A stretch of 64,000 nt of DNA from Takakia lepidozioides (taxonomy: Eukaryota; Plantae; Bryophyta): the NCBI GenBank assembly GCA_030704615.1, contig CM060733.1, positions 24,490,001-24,554,000 on the forward strand, in the 5' to 3' direction. Made by a program: the position numbers and the translations under genes. A model generated the notes under the pieces. It was not told the origin of the DNA and did no database searches. It saw only the letters and a list, made by a program, of their open reading frames with translations. Positions 11,926 through 25,000 of this stretch are shown here, in pieces; position 1 is the first letter of the stretch, and each line of letters starts with the position of its first letter.

Positions 11926-13301
11926 GAGGGAGGGTATTTTGGACCAGGCAGTGTATATTTTTGTAATATTGAAATGATTGTAATATTGAAATGAGACGTC
12001 ATGCATTCACAGCATCGGATGCCAAACATTTAAAGCACATTGGGCCAAGGTCTATATGCGTTCATTGCTAGCATGCAGGTTCAACTTTTGCCATGCCACT
12101 TCTTTTTCCCCTAAGTTCCAACTCTGTGGGGGTTCCAACTCTGTGGGGTGGAGGGGCTTGTGTTAGGCTGCATCAAAGCGTGTAAAGGAAGGGGGACCTC
12201 AGGCTGTGGCTCCTGCTGCTGGTCCATCTACGACATGGGTGCAACAAGCCCCGAATGGGCCATGGGTCCAGTCCACAGGCGGGCAAACGTGGCTGCAGCA
12301 AGGACCGCCTACCTGGCAGCAACCCATGGCCCCACTACCCACAACCAATTCATGGTCATGGATAACCAGGTGGGTCCAATTCCGGAGGTAATGGAGCTGC
12401 CCAAACTTGGGCACCTCCTTGTCCCACTGCTGGTGGGCAATGGGCAAGCCCCCCTTTTAATGGTGGTCCTCCTCCATTCACACCCCCTCATGGTGATGTT
12501 ATGGATGTATTTCTTGCATTCATGGGGCATGCATGGTGGATGCGTGCATGCATGGTGGATGCAATACAGTAACACCGAGTTCAATGTGTGAAAGTAGTTT
12601 CGGGAGCAAGGGACCCGGTGTGGGGGCAACGGGTGGAGCGGGAGGGGGGTGCCTGGCGTTGCGACCGTGGGCCGCGGCGCTGCCAAGGGGGGGGGGCGAG
12701 GCGGAGGGCGGGGGTGGGGCCACGCAGGCAGGCCCTGAGGCAACATTTCAACTCCCGGGCCTCTTTTATCACTTGCCATTGGGAATTAAAGCCAAAATAT
12801 TATACAATATCTCATCAATTTACTCTTTTACCATAGATTGCGGTTTCTTTTGATTTGTATTGGAAATCATCACAATTTTAAAAACCATTAAATTCTATAT
12901 TGATTTAAATAATTATCCATACCCGGAAACTGTTCCGTACCCTTAGGGTATATTTTGGCATATATATCCTTATCCGGGGTTATATAGAAATCTGAAAAGT
13001 TAATTTACCCGGAGGGTAAATGATTTGACAAAAATAATTTACTTATACTCGAAGGGTATATTGAAATCAATATACCTGCCCAACAACTTTACCCCAATGA
13101 GGGATGGGGTGTGGTGGCGATTGCCTGCCCTTCAGCCCGCTAAACCCTGGCAATTGGACGGCCCTCACAAGTGCAAGTGGGGAGATCGTCGAGGTTTATG
13201 GTGCGATGGGGCACCCATTGGAGCAAGGGAGCCACTTCCAAGGCGAAGAGGGCCGGTTCCCATGGTGCTTTTTGGCACCACCCTGCCGGGAACGGACATT
13301 T

Positions 13302-13306
<5 letters not shown>

Positions 13307-13339
<33 letters not shown>
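13307..13339. repeat. (TA)n microsatellite
   Basis: Seen directly. Confidence 0.95.
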
Positions 13340-13341
<2 letters not shown>

Positions 13342-13954
13342 TCAGGCCCCTGTTTTTTACAAAGGGGTGTCACTTGCAGCCCCTTTTTCTTTGGTGCTTT
13401 TAGGCTGAATACCGCCTAAAAAGGTAGGGCTGGGTGTCATACTTTTTCTTTTCTTTGTAAGGAAAAGGTATTGCCATTCATGGTGGGATCATTATGAGCT
13501 ATTGTAGGAGGAATTCAAGAGTTCATGTAGCCTAGGTGTCCCAAGGATGAACCCATAACTTGTCCATTGGCTTACCTACATGTGGGGCCATGGTATCCAC
13601 AAAGATTTGGGCTCATCACCCAGTAGATAATTGCATAACAAACTTACTTATAGCAATGTGTCTTGAATATTGAACTCCAAAGTTAGGGCAAGGATCCACA
13701 CCTTTTCTCCCCCTTAAAACAGGGGAAGAAGCCCTGGAATTGCTTTAAAAAAGGGCATGGAAAAAATAACCATGCAAGGCTACCCGAGTCCATTCTTGAA
13801 GGAAAACCAGCTCTAGAAATTTCATTTCTGAAAAGCTATGGGCAAGGAGGCGGCAAAGAGACTCCCAAAAAACATCAAGGAAGAATTCTGAAACCGGTGT
13901 AGAAAAAGTATGGCCTATCATACTCTGACATTGCAACACATGATATTTCACACA

Positions 13955-14030
13955 ACCGGGCTGTGGCCCGTGGTAAGCCACTTGTGTGCTGGCCTGTGGG
14001 TCTGGGGTTCAAATCCCTGTCATCTGTCGC
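13955..14030 (+). mobile_element. tRNA-like SINE head (degenerate)
   Basis: A-box-like tggcccgtggtaag and B-box ggggttcaaatccc with tRNA-like spacing; no cloverleaf. Confidence 0.45.
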
Positions 14031-14157
14031 TCTTGGCCCCTCTAATAATCCCTCCATGGCTCACCGGTGTGTCCTTGGAAGCACCAAATAAATTTAAAGA
14101 AGAAAAGAAAAACAAAGATATATCGAAGGTGTTTTGCCACTTTGTTGGCTCTGTCCA

Positions 14158-14468
14158 GCAAGGGATAGAGGCATTGTGGAGACTTCTTGCCTACGCGGAG
14201 AACGGAGAATTAGGCTTATCCACTAAGCCTAGAGAGAGATAGAGAGAGCCTAGTCATTAGAGGGTTGATGGACCCGCAAGGGATAGAGGCATTGTGGAGA
14301 CTTCTTGCCTAGGCGGAGAACCAGGCTTATCCATTAAGCCTGGAGAGAGAGAGAGCCTAGTCTTTAGAGGGTTGATGGGACTAGCAAGGGATAGAGGCAT
14401 AGTGGATACATCTTTAGGGAGAGAACTAGGCTTATCCATTAAGCCTAGTCTATGGAGGGTTGATGGGA
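14158..14468. repeat. Tandem repeat, about 3 units of ~110-120 bp
   Basis: gcaagggatagaggcat...aggcttatcca(c/t)taagcct...gggttgatgg occurs three times. Confidence 0.85.
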
Positions 14469-15084
14469 ATGATTTCATGAAGCCCTAAAAAAAGTATAAA
14501 ACAACAACCACAAAATCACCAAAGGACAGAGCCTCTTGTTACGTTAGGAGGAGTTGTGGTTAGGTAGCAGATATCCATCCCAAGGCTGATCCCAAGGCTT
14601 GTCCATTGGCATACCTTCATGTGGGGCCGAGGTAACCATAAAGATGTGGACAAAAACTCAACAAACAGTGGAACAACAAACTTACTTATATCAATGTGTC
14701 TAAGTAGAACACTGAATTCCAAGGCAGGACAAGCTTTGTCAGTGTGAAAGCTCCAGACTCGTAGGCCACTAATGCTTTTGCCACACACAAGCTTTGCTTC
14801 CTTTGGAAGGTGGAGCAAGGCTTCTGGTTTACAACTCACATCAAGTGCCTGTTCAAATCAACCACGTCTCAGCCATGTCTACACGTAATGTCAGAAGACC
14901 GAAGACCAGGGCATAGTGCCGGTTTTGTGGAGGGGAAGGAGCTCTCAAAGTGAATGGAAGATTGGCAAGCTGGGTCCCATGCCCACCATGACTTTTTTTA
15001 TGCTCCTTAGGTCCTGTGGTGTTGAAATTTCCTTCCGTCAATGGGAGTTGAGGATTAGAGGAAGGCAGCCCTGGGCCACACTAC

Positions 15085-15625
15085 GTTAGGCAGAATTCCC
15101 TGAACTTGTTTCCAGTCTGTGACCTGGGCAAGGACCTTAAGGATGATCTGAAGGGCCTACCTACCCTCAGCACTAGACTGAAGTTTAAACTTGGGTCAAA
15201 CAAGCCTACCTTTGAACAATAACAGATGCAGAGAGGGAAAGGAGATGATAATTGTTCGTTGTGTGGACAACCAAGTGACGGCAATATCCGATTTCTGATA
15301 CATTGTTCGGGGTATTCTCACCAGAGAGTGACCCTACAAGAACATCAAGAACATGGTTCCTGCACCTCTGTTCACCAACATCCAAAATCTGGAGGCTGAG
15401 AATAAAGCCCTGGCCCTGCTGGGGTCTAACTTTGGGGCTGCTTACACACAGCAGATTGATGCTTGTATGAAGGGCTAACTAGAGGATATCTGGAAAGCCC
15501 GAACCAATTGTTTATATCAAAGTCACACTACTGGAGAGAGCCCCTCACAAAGTTGTAGTGTGTACTCCCAATATTCCCATCCCAACTGGCCACAAGGCTA
15601 CAGCAACCGAAATCTTATGAGCACA
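15085..15625 (+). mobile_element. 5'-truncated non-LTR retrotransposon 3' end (RTEX-like family), copy 1
   Basis: Reads SLNLFPVCDLGKDLKDDLKGLPTLSTRLKFKL, a CxxC zinc-knuckle region and IWKAR; homologous to three other copies in the window. Confidence 0.75.
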
Positions 15626-16084
15626 TTCTATACCATCCAGAAGGACGAGTTGTATCAAAACACTAGGAAATACTATTGTACACGTCACAAGGGGATTGCT
15701 GCAAACATGGTGCTCCATTTCCATTGTTTCCCTACATCCCTACTTATTTTGGGCGCTCAAAACAGTAAAACCAATTATCTTGACACACTTCGCAGGATGC
15801 AAAGCAACTTTATCTACAATTTTTCCTCACATACTCTTCCCTCAAAGTTTCCATACAGAAATATGATGAAACTGGAAAAGGACGCTTTCATCTGAGCTAG
15901 TTGAATAGTATCTTACTCTGTTACCCAGATTGGGAGAATGGCAAAATTGAGAAGGAATCGGACTGCTCTATACTTTTTCCCAGTTCGAGTGCCTCAGCTA
16001 TCATCTGATTGTATATGAATAGGAATCACCTGGATAGAAGCTAAAACAATGCAATATTATACTGTAACCTACAGACAATGCAGA

Positions 16085-19000
16085 TCACAATATAGCTGCC
16101 AATCCAATACTACCGTGCTCTTCCTGATTAACGCGATCACGGTGGCCTCCTCGATCTGCGTGCTGTCCTAACAGTGTTCGATCTGCGCCCCAACGACCAG
16201 GTCAAGAAGGTAAGCAAGACGCAAAATTACAAGAACCCACAGCAATAAGTAGTCATCCGAGTCCAAACAGTCACCTGAGCCTACATGACTAGGGAGTATC
16301 TCTAAATCATACCTGGTATGACAGAAAATACTCACAAGACTTTGTTTGTCATAGCCTTGTGACCACATACAGTGTGCCCAGTTTGGACGGAAACATAAGT
16401 ATGGCAGAGACAACTTCAAACCGTAAAAACACAAAATTATGAAAATACGTTTTGTGTAGGTTGACTCAGACAAGTCACTCCCTGATTTCAAACTTGGCGC
16501 AAGTTATCCGGCATGGATGGCGTGGGATGCTCTGCACCTTGACTGCCGAAACCCTTTACAGCCCCATTCAGATCACGAGAATGACAGAGTTTTGCCTGTC
16601 CCAGAGAAACAATTCAAGATATTTAAGAGGAAAAATGGGCAGCAGGCATACTGGAGACATTTGTTATGACATTGGTATTCCTCTGGGGTTTGAGAGCTTT
16701 AAGCTGGTCCCCTCCTGCCGCAAGCAAAAAGCTCTTCATGTGCTGCCGCTGCTCCTTTGTGCTTAACGTTTTGCTTAAAGCCGTTTCAAAGGCAGCCAGT
16801 GTATCTGGTGTCATCGATGGCAACGATAAGAGGACCTGCAACAATGAAATAAGTGTTACCGTCTACTGGAGATGATTAACTGCCTTTCACCTTCCCATCC
16901 CCTAGCCATAGTCAAAATGATTTATGCCTCTTTCTGCCTCTTTCTTTCCTCCACTAAAAGCAGCCGCTAGAGACATGTTGATAATGAAATAAACTCACAC
17001 GTCCTGAACTGGAGAACATCCATCCATCCATCCAAGAATTATGCAATGAGGTTAGAAGTACAACCCACTAGAGTCTCTGTAACAGGTCAAAACAAGAAAG
17101 AGAACCAGTGTGTCTGCTTTAGTACCAGCTTGTAAGATGCTCGACTTTCATTAAATTTCGAACTCTATCAAATTCGGTGCTCTCTGAAGTGCCCAACATG
17201 AAGCTCATCAAAGCAACAGTTACAAAATGCACACTAAATCCCTGAAAAGAAAATTCATCAACCAAATCAGCAAACACTCCTGCACCAACATTCATCAACC
17301 TGCAAGGAGATTCAAACATACAAACCTGTCGAGGTCCTGAGGTCCGAGCAGATAGACGGAGGTAGATTTCACGGAGGAGGCCCACAAGCTCTGCCTGGGC
17401 AGCTGCATTGGATTCCAGAGTCAGTCCTCGAATGGCAGCACTAAACATATCCTTCCCCACCACATCCTGCAATTGCGAGTTGCTAGCTACGGACGCCATG
17501 TTCACCACTGCTCCACAGAACAAGATTGCCTTGTGTACAGACTCACTGTCAGGCCACTCCAGCGCATCAATGCCCACATGAAGGGCAGCAGCAGCTGCAT
17601 CGCCATGTTGCATTATGTATCTGCAAAGATAATCAGACGGGCCCAGCATATACATCTGATTAGCAAGGGCAAACATTTTTAATGATGCGGTAGAGACAAG
17701 TGAAAAGGTAGAACCGAACTTTCCAAAGACTCCCCATCCAGTAAAACAAAAAGAAAAATTATGTACACCCTAATGAAGCACCATACTGAAATATTGTATT
17801 GGTTAAATCTGCTTAAGTCACATCTGTTAAGTCAAATCCGCTGGTTGAAAGACTGCTGGGAAGCTCCCTACCGAGGTGAAGCTCAGGACCTTATCCCCAC
17901 AATCTTATGTCTTATTTCCTACAATAGTCAGCAAACATGTACCAATCTTTCAAAGGTACTCAAATTTTTCACGGTAAGAGAAGTAGCAAAAGCAGTAGAG
18001 CTAAAAGGTTGGCAGTTAAGGTGGATACCCTAGGTGTGCGATCAATGTTCCACAACAAATTCTCAAGGTTCAGATAGCACTTACTGAACAGATTTATAGA
18101 GCTAGGCCTGACAATCTTACCCAATCAAGCTATCTGAAGCACTGAACTGAAGGCCAACTTCCATTGCAGACCTTTCCCCCTGTGACTGCTGCTCAAGTTG
18201 GGGACAGGTATTCAATGCTGGTGATGCTGCAATTGAAAGCAACAAGCATGTTTCTCTAGTCAGATCCCTCAAAACCTTTTCCTTCATGACTTCTGTCTTC
18301 ATCTCCTGTGTGGAGCTTCCCTCCCCCATGCCAAGCATAGGCCCAGCCGCCCACTTGCCTGGGGCCTTGACTGTCCCCTCCTGCAGGAGACTGGTCCAGG
18401 CAGTCGAAAGCACACGGTGGCAGTGGATCAAAACTGGCGGTAGCAGGTGACCCAGCCAAGGGTCCCAGCACTCAGGGGGGCAGGCTCTCACAACAGGGAT
18501 TACAACAAAGTGAAGGAGATGGCGAATATGGTGGAGCTGCATAGATTCAATGTTCTCTAGAAGTGCTGTTGCCAGAGCTGCAGCCCGACCATCAGCATCA
18601 TCGAAAAAGCCTCCTCCAATACGAACGGCTGCAATACCCACAATATTGTATCTGGAAAAACCCCACCCAACGTTAGAGGGCAAACCTACAAGCATTCATT
18701 GGCTTCAGAATTTGACAATTAGGCCACAATCTGAATAATCGGCTCGAAAGAATCTACCTTCCACTCTAGAATTAGTTTCACATGTTAGATACTTTATATA
18801 CTAATATATTTAGTTAAACAATAACTGACATATTCTTATTAGTAGCATGTTAACTGCTAATATGCTGACTTCTATGGTCCATACTTCCATTACAATCTCA
18901 TCCTTTTTGCCTTTCCAAATTAATGAAAAGGGAAGGAGGCCCTTTAATCATATTGAATCTAGCTGCCAATCTCATCAAAAACAAGTCCAACAATGCATGG

Positions 19001-22000
19001 GATAAGATACTCACCACAAGAACCAATCGCAAGTTGAAGTATTTTAGGCCTAACTACTATCAAACAATTATTCACAACAACCACAGACCGAAACTCCATC
19101 CGCTTCTAGTTTCTGTAGTTGCATGTATCATGGTAGATTAGCATGAATTGACACACCGTCCATCAAGAATTCTCAGCTCAGACTTGCATTCTTTTCAGAG
19201 AAGGAAATTCCTTTTTCAAGCTCGTGAGCCTTTATACAGACTGGTACTGTGATCTTCAATAGGTCTTGAAGGCATAAAATTAAGCAGAGCGATTACCCAG
19301 CATCCCGCACACCCTTCAACCAGCTGCGAATCTCTTTCACACTGCTGCCTTCGACGCTACTCACACCATTTGAATCAACTCGTTGTCCATCACTTACAGA
19401 CGAAGCCCCTGCAGCGGAACGTGAGGTTGTCTCCCCAAGCAGAGAGGCCTGTTCCATGTCACCCATTGCCAACGCTCCCTGTACTTGTGGGGGCAAAGTG
19501 ACTGCAACTGACTGAGACCAAAGCGCATGCATACAGCGCAGCAGCTGCACAGAAACATTACATTCATCAAACTGTAAGGTAGTCACGAACAAACAGAAGC
19601 AAGAATCAAAGGCCAATTCAGCAGCCATCAAAAGCAGATTGAATCCTTATGCTATCGACATCTGGTAATGAAGATGGCCAGACGACAAGTCACACCACTC
19701 AGGGACACCTGTAAGGAAGACTAACACATGCGAAAGATACATCGAAATTCACAACAATGCAGGCGATATCCTATATCCAAGCTGCTCACCTTAAAAAGGG
19801 GTGGCAGGATCCAGGCCAAATGAGGTACCATGGCATGGCTGACAGCACTTGTTGCCAGTGCATCCATGTCAACAACTGAACTGTCTACAGAAACAGGCTG
19901 GGTGAAGGACTTTCCACTAGCAGTACACCTCCGCATAGCCCTCTCAAAAAACGTGATTGTGTGGAACACAGACCACATTTCATCATTATACTTGCCGTGT
20001 GTGTTTAAGTCATTTTGACCAAGGACAGATACTGCTGGTTCTTGGCTCAACAGCTGTGCCAGGCCACTTGGACTGGACAGAAAGTGTTCCTGCCACTCAG
20101 GTTGCACCCACTGCTGCCGTAGTGGGCCTAAAAGCCATTCCAATACCTGAACTTGTTGCTCCCCTCTGCAGTTTCCACAAACCAAGGAATGAATAGATGT
20201 AAATTAGCACGCTTTGAAGAAGTAAAAAGCTTGTCTGCAACTATGTGAGAGCCATATTTGAACATTTGCCCAAGTTCAGGAGATGGAAAATGAATCATCT
20301 TCACTGTGTTTATGACGACTGTAAAGCGACAGCAATATTGTCTAGTGGACACAGCCAATACGCACGCTCCCCAGGATCCTCACAAATGTAGAGTGACAGA
20401 ATGATATGGGTAGAACCTGAGTGACATACCCGGCAGCAGACCCCACAACAAGAAGCGACTCGCCAAGAAGACTACTCTCAGACCGATTTAGAAGCCCCTG
20501 TTGCTGTAATGTTATCATAGTTTGAGCTATTGCCTGCCAACAATAAGCACTTGCAAAATGTCAAATTAGTGCTGAACAGGATTGGTTCTTGCAAGAAAGT
20601 GTCCAATCTGACTGAATTACTCCAAAAGAATCTCTGGGAACAACCATAGCATGTCATTGAAACGTTCCCACGGTCAATCGACAGAAGAGACCATGTCTCC
20701 AGAAACATGTAGGGTCCCCCTTGAGTAGTGGAGGCACTTCACACATGAATGCTATTTAGTACACATAATGGGACTCAGGTCAGATTCCTTGTCCAAAACT
20801 TGGCTAGAAAACCCTCCCAGGAATGGAATCTGAGAATGGCTGCATGAAGACAGGTGCTGATGCAGAACCTGCTCATGAGTAAGGACTAGATAGCTACATG
20901 ACAGCCTTTGTTTGATGAAGGTGCGAGAGCAATGTACTACGCGAAACAATCTACTTGCCAGACATTGGACTTTCCATTATTTTCACAATCAACCAAAGGA
21001 GCATCAACAAATCATTCTGAGTAGAAGTGGTTAGCAGCAACTAAACTTTAGTGAATTAAAAACCACATAACAACACCTGGAAGATACAAGGACAAGGACC
21101 TGAGACCAAATCCACAAACCTCCATATGTGGCAGCAAAGCAGAGTCAGCTGCCCTTGCTAGTCGGAGGAAGGAGGTGCAAACTTGTAGCCGTGACCGCAA
21201 AAAATCTTTCTTTGACTCTCCATGACCCTGAAATCCAACATAGAGTTTGACACCCTTTTCCAGCAATCCTGAATTGGTTTCCCACATTACTGCAAGCCCC
21301 TGCTCATCACTTTGCTTTCTTTGTATGATGCAACAAATCCACCAGTACACTAGTTAATTGTGGGAGACGGGTCAACTGGCCAGGTTGCATACTCTTCTGA
21401 GGAGAAATTGCTTCTGAGTACACGGTAGCAACACGTCTCATGAAGCTTGTGTAGTAATCTCAAAATTTGCCAAGGTCAAACAATCACAGTAGATACTAAC
21501 ATGACGGTTATTTGTGCAAGCTCTAAGGAGCTATCCATTCTCTGAGAACATAAATAAACACTGCGCAAAGAAATTCCAGGACAAAATGAATGGTGCCAAT
21601 GCCATAATTCCATGAGACCAACCTCTCTGAGCAAAAACCCAAGCCTAGAATACCCCCAGCCCTCATCCAACTAACAAGAGACCATCATGCTTTGTCCCTG
21701 CCATATTTCAAAGTTTGCTGCTCCACGTTCTCTCCTCACTCATTTGCAGGCAGCAAACTGTAAACCCTCAACTGTAGTTTTTGGCACACATAAGCTTACT
21801 TGAGGAACAGACAAGACCGATAGAAGTGTGAAAAGCTTCTGGACAACAAGGGGTATTGCAGCTGGAGAATGTCTGAGGTAGGGCCCCATTGCATCAAAGT
21901 GGCGGGTGTGCAACTCCACAAGCGCTGGTTCCTTCCATTCCACCGACAATAGGCGCTGCAACATACCTGAATTCAGTCACAACCACTGGAATACTAAGAA

Positions 22001-25000
22001 TACGGATCAAATTGATGTACCCTAAGGTTCCAACAATATCCTAAGACGCAAAGGATTCCAATCTCAACTCTGGCAGGGTAACTACTTCAGGAATACCAAC
22101 TTGGTAACAGTGGGAAAATAGGAGAACCACCATAGGCAAAAGCTGTCGCAAATACTGTGATCCTCTATTTCAGAAGCCATGAGCTATGCAGCTTTTGAAC
22201 CAAATTGCCCAGAATTGAGTAATTCATTGCTAAGTCCTTACTAAATTTCTACTTTCCCCAGCCACCTCACAGAATTCAATATCCAATTGGTCACCTCACC
22301 TTTCATGTAAGGAAGAAAGGAACCACGGGAAACACTAGCAGCCTATTGGTAGCCTGGTAGGCTTGCTGGTAGTGAAGGGACAAACAGTGCACGTGCAAGC
22401 TGCGTGCAGATCAACTATGCAAAATTTTCGAGGTGAATTGAGCTGTTTCAATACCTTGGATGATAGACCCAAGCTCACTTTGCAACACTGAAGGTGCTGT
22501 TGCAGCAGCCATGAATGCCTCGGGAATTCCATTCAATATGTTCTCCAACATCATTTGAGTGGTTTCTAATGTACTAAAATCCTGGACATAACACAGGTGT
22601 ATTGTAAAGAATCTCATCAATTCAGAGACTTAAGGACAGAAACGTGACCATAACCTTCAGCTGAGGTTCAACTTTTGCCCATTTTGACATGCCATCTCCA
22701 ATCATAGCTACAGAAACAAGCTACTAGTCTGCCAAAGTACCAACAGAAGCAAGCTAGCAAGCAGTCAACAGATTTTGAATCACGTCCGAATTGGCATCAC
22801 CAGCTTGCATTTAGAACTACTCACATCTCTCCATAGTTCTATTTACGGAATAATATACCCAAGATCCTTGCAAAACTAGCACCTGAAGACAATTTACTAC
22901 CGCACCATACCTGGGAGGAGCATTTATGAAAGAGAGACACACTAAATGCTGATTCGAGGTGCTGAGCAACATTGGAGGCAGCTAGGACAGGCCGCTGCAT
23001 AGCAATATGGCGAACGAGCTCCACCTGCACAAATAAATCTCAACCTGTGAGACTTCAAGATATGTCAGACACCAGAGGCTGACCCCCATGACACGGGCGA
23101 CCTATGATACAAAGAAAACGAAACAAAAAATAAAGGGTTTTATAACAACCATGGGGACCCAGAGGACAAATTGGACCAGGAGAAACCCAAGAGGAACCAC
23201 GTCAAAAATCTTCAAACAGATCTCTGCAATCAGTTGCCTCGTGCATTGAGCTGCCAGACACTTCTCCTGAAAGCTGAAAGTTCTTGCCCAAGATGGGGAA
23301 TCCGGGAGGTGGCAATAGTATCTGCCATTGATGATCTTATATTGGACAGGACAAAATGGACAGAAACTAACAAAAACATGGAAGAAGGGTCAGTAGGTTT
23401 TAAGAAGACAAATTGGATTTTGAAGGTTTGGAATGAAATTCTTTCCTACCAGTCGGCTTCGAAATTGGCTGAAATCGCTGGCGGAAGAAAACTCCTGAGC
23501 CGAACTTTCATCCTCAAATGAACCATCACCTGCGCTCTTTTTCTGCAACAGCTGAAATGCCGTGTCCAAAAGTATAGTACAAACCTCCACGGGAACAACC
23601 AAGGAGTAACCCTTCTTCTCTTTCTCTTTTTCTCGTTCAGCAGCTGCACCATTGCCAGTCACAACTTGGTCTGGTGATGCTGTGGCAGCCATAGCCACAG
23701 TAGACTCCCGTAGCAATGTCTGTAAAGTTCACAACAAAATGCCAGAACTAATCAACGACCCTGTCTGTGCTTTCATACTGGCATACTTCCTGTTTACTTT
23801 AGGTTTTGGGTACAGTGTCAAGACACATAGGACCTGGATTCACATGCTAGGTCTGCCATATGATTCAAAATAGTGTGAAAAGGAGCCCAGATCTAGGTTC
23901 CTGAAACAGTTAAGAAAATGACCATAGTATGTGAAGCTGGTTTGCTGGTCCAAGGAGCTGACCGTATGTGCATCAAACCTATATGCAAGAACCTCAACTG
24001 TTCTGTGTTGATGCATCTCAATACTATCTGAAACTGACTTAAGTTCCATCTACTATGCTAGGGTGGTCCTGAGAGGAAGACCACAAGAAGTTGGTCAGCA
24101 GGTATAGAACCTCAAGAGGTCAATGTCCCTACAAGACAATCTCCAAATGCTTCTTTTGGGACATCCGACATACCGTCCAAAGTGGCAAGGCCAGAGAATT
24201 TAACTTGGGGTGCTGCAGGAATCCAAGCATCTGCAGGCCCAACAGATAACATGACAACCCAAATCACTCTCCTCACAGCAAAGTAATTGTGGATTTTGTA
24301 CAGCAACCAAATAGGTACATATACAAGATAGAATTAGATACCAGACCGTGGAACGGAATCAGGGTTCATTCACATTCGTTGTCCCTAGAACAGGAAAGAA
24401 GGCTCAATGTACACACAACTCCAGCACAGCTAATGAGGAAAGACTGCACAATGACTCCACAAGACCAGGACTTCATATCTCGTTTATTTCTAAGTTGCAA
24501 TGAACTGCGTGTGTCAGAGAAAGTTGCAAGCCAAGATATGCACCATGCTTCTCAGCTATCAAATTGTTTTCTCTCATGCCCTGTTTCTAGGTTATTGACA
24601 TCATGCAGAAATACTACCTCCTCAAGGTAGATTGTTTCCATTCCTGTTACCTGTCGAAGGTAGACTCTAGTTTTCAGGTCATTATGGGCCACACAATGCA
24701 GGTTGTGAGAACCCAAAGCTACCATGGCCTCACACAAGCATTCGCCAAACTCCAACTCTCCCTCATCTGCATCACCAGTGTTTGTGGCAGCTTTGTTCAA
24801 GGAAGCCATACGTTGAGAGCTAAAATATGCTTCCGATGCAGTACAAAGAATCTCAAACACATTCTGCATGGCTGCATCAAATTGTGGCGAAGTCTCATCC
24901 ACTGGTCGTCGCCTACCACATAGGGAGAGCAGGTATCTCGTTAGAAAAAAACATTCTTGACATAATCATGTGAAAGAAACATGGATGGTGACTAGTGAAT

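Noticed and set aside
12148-12853. Overlapping GC-rich ORFs on both strands as genes
   Set aside because: Low complexity, stop-poor because of GC content, and no recognisable domain.
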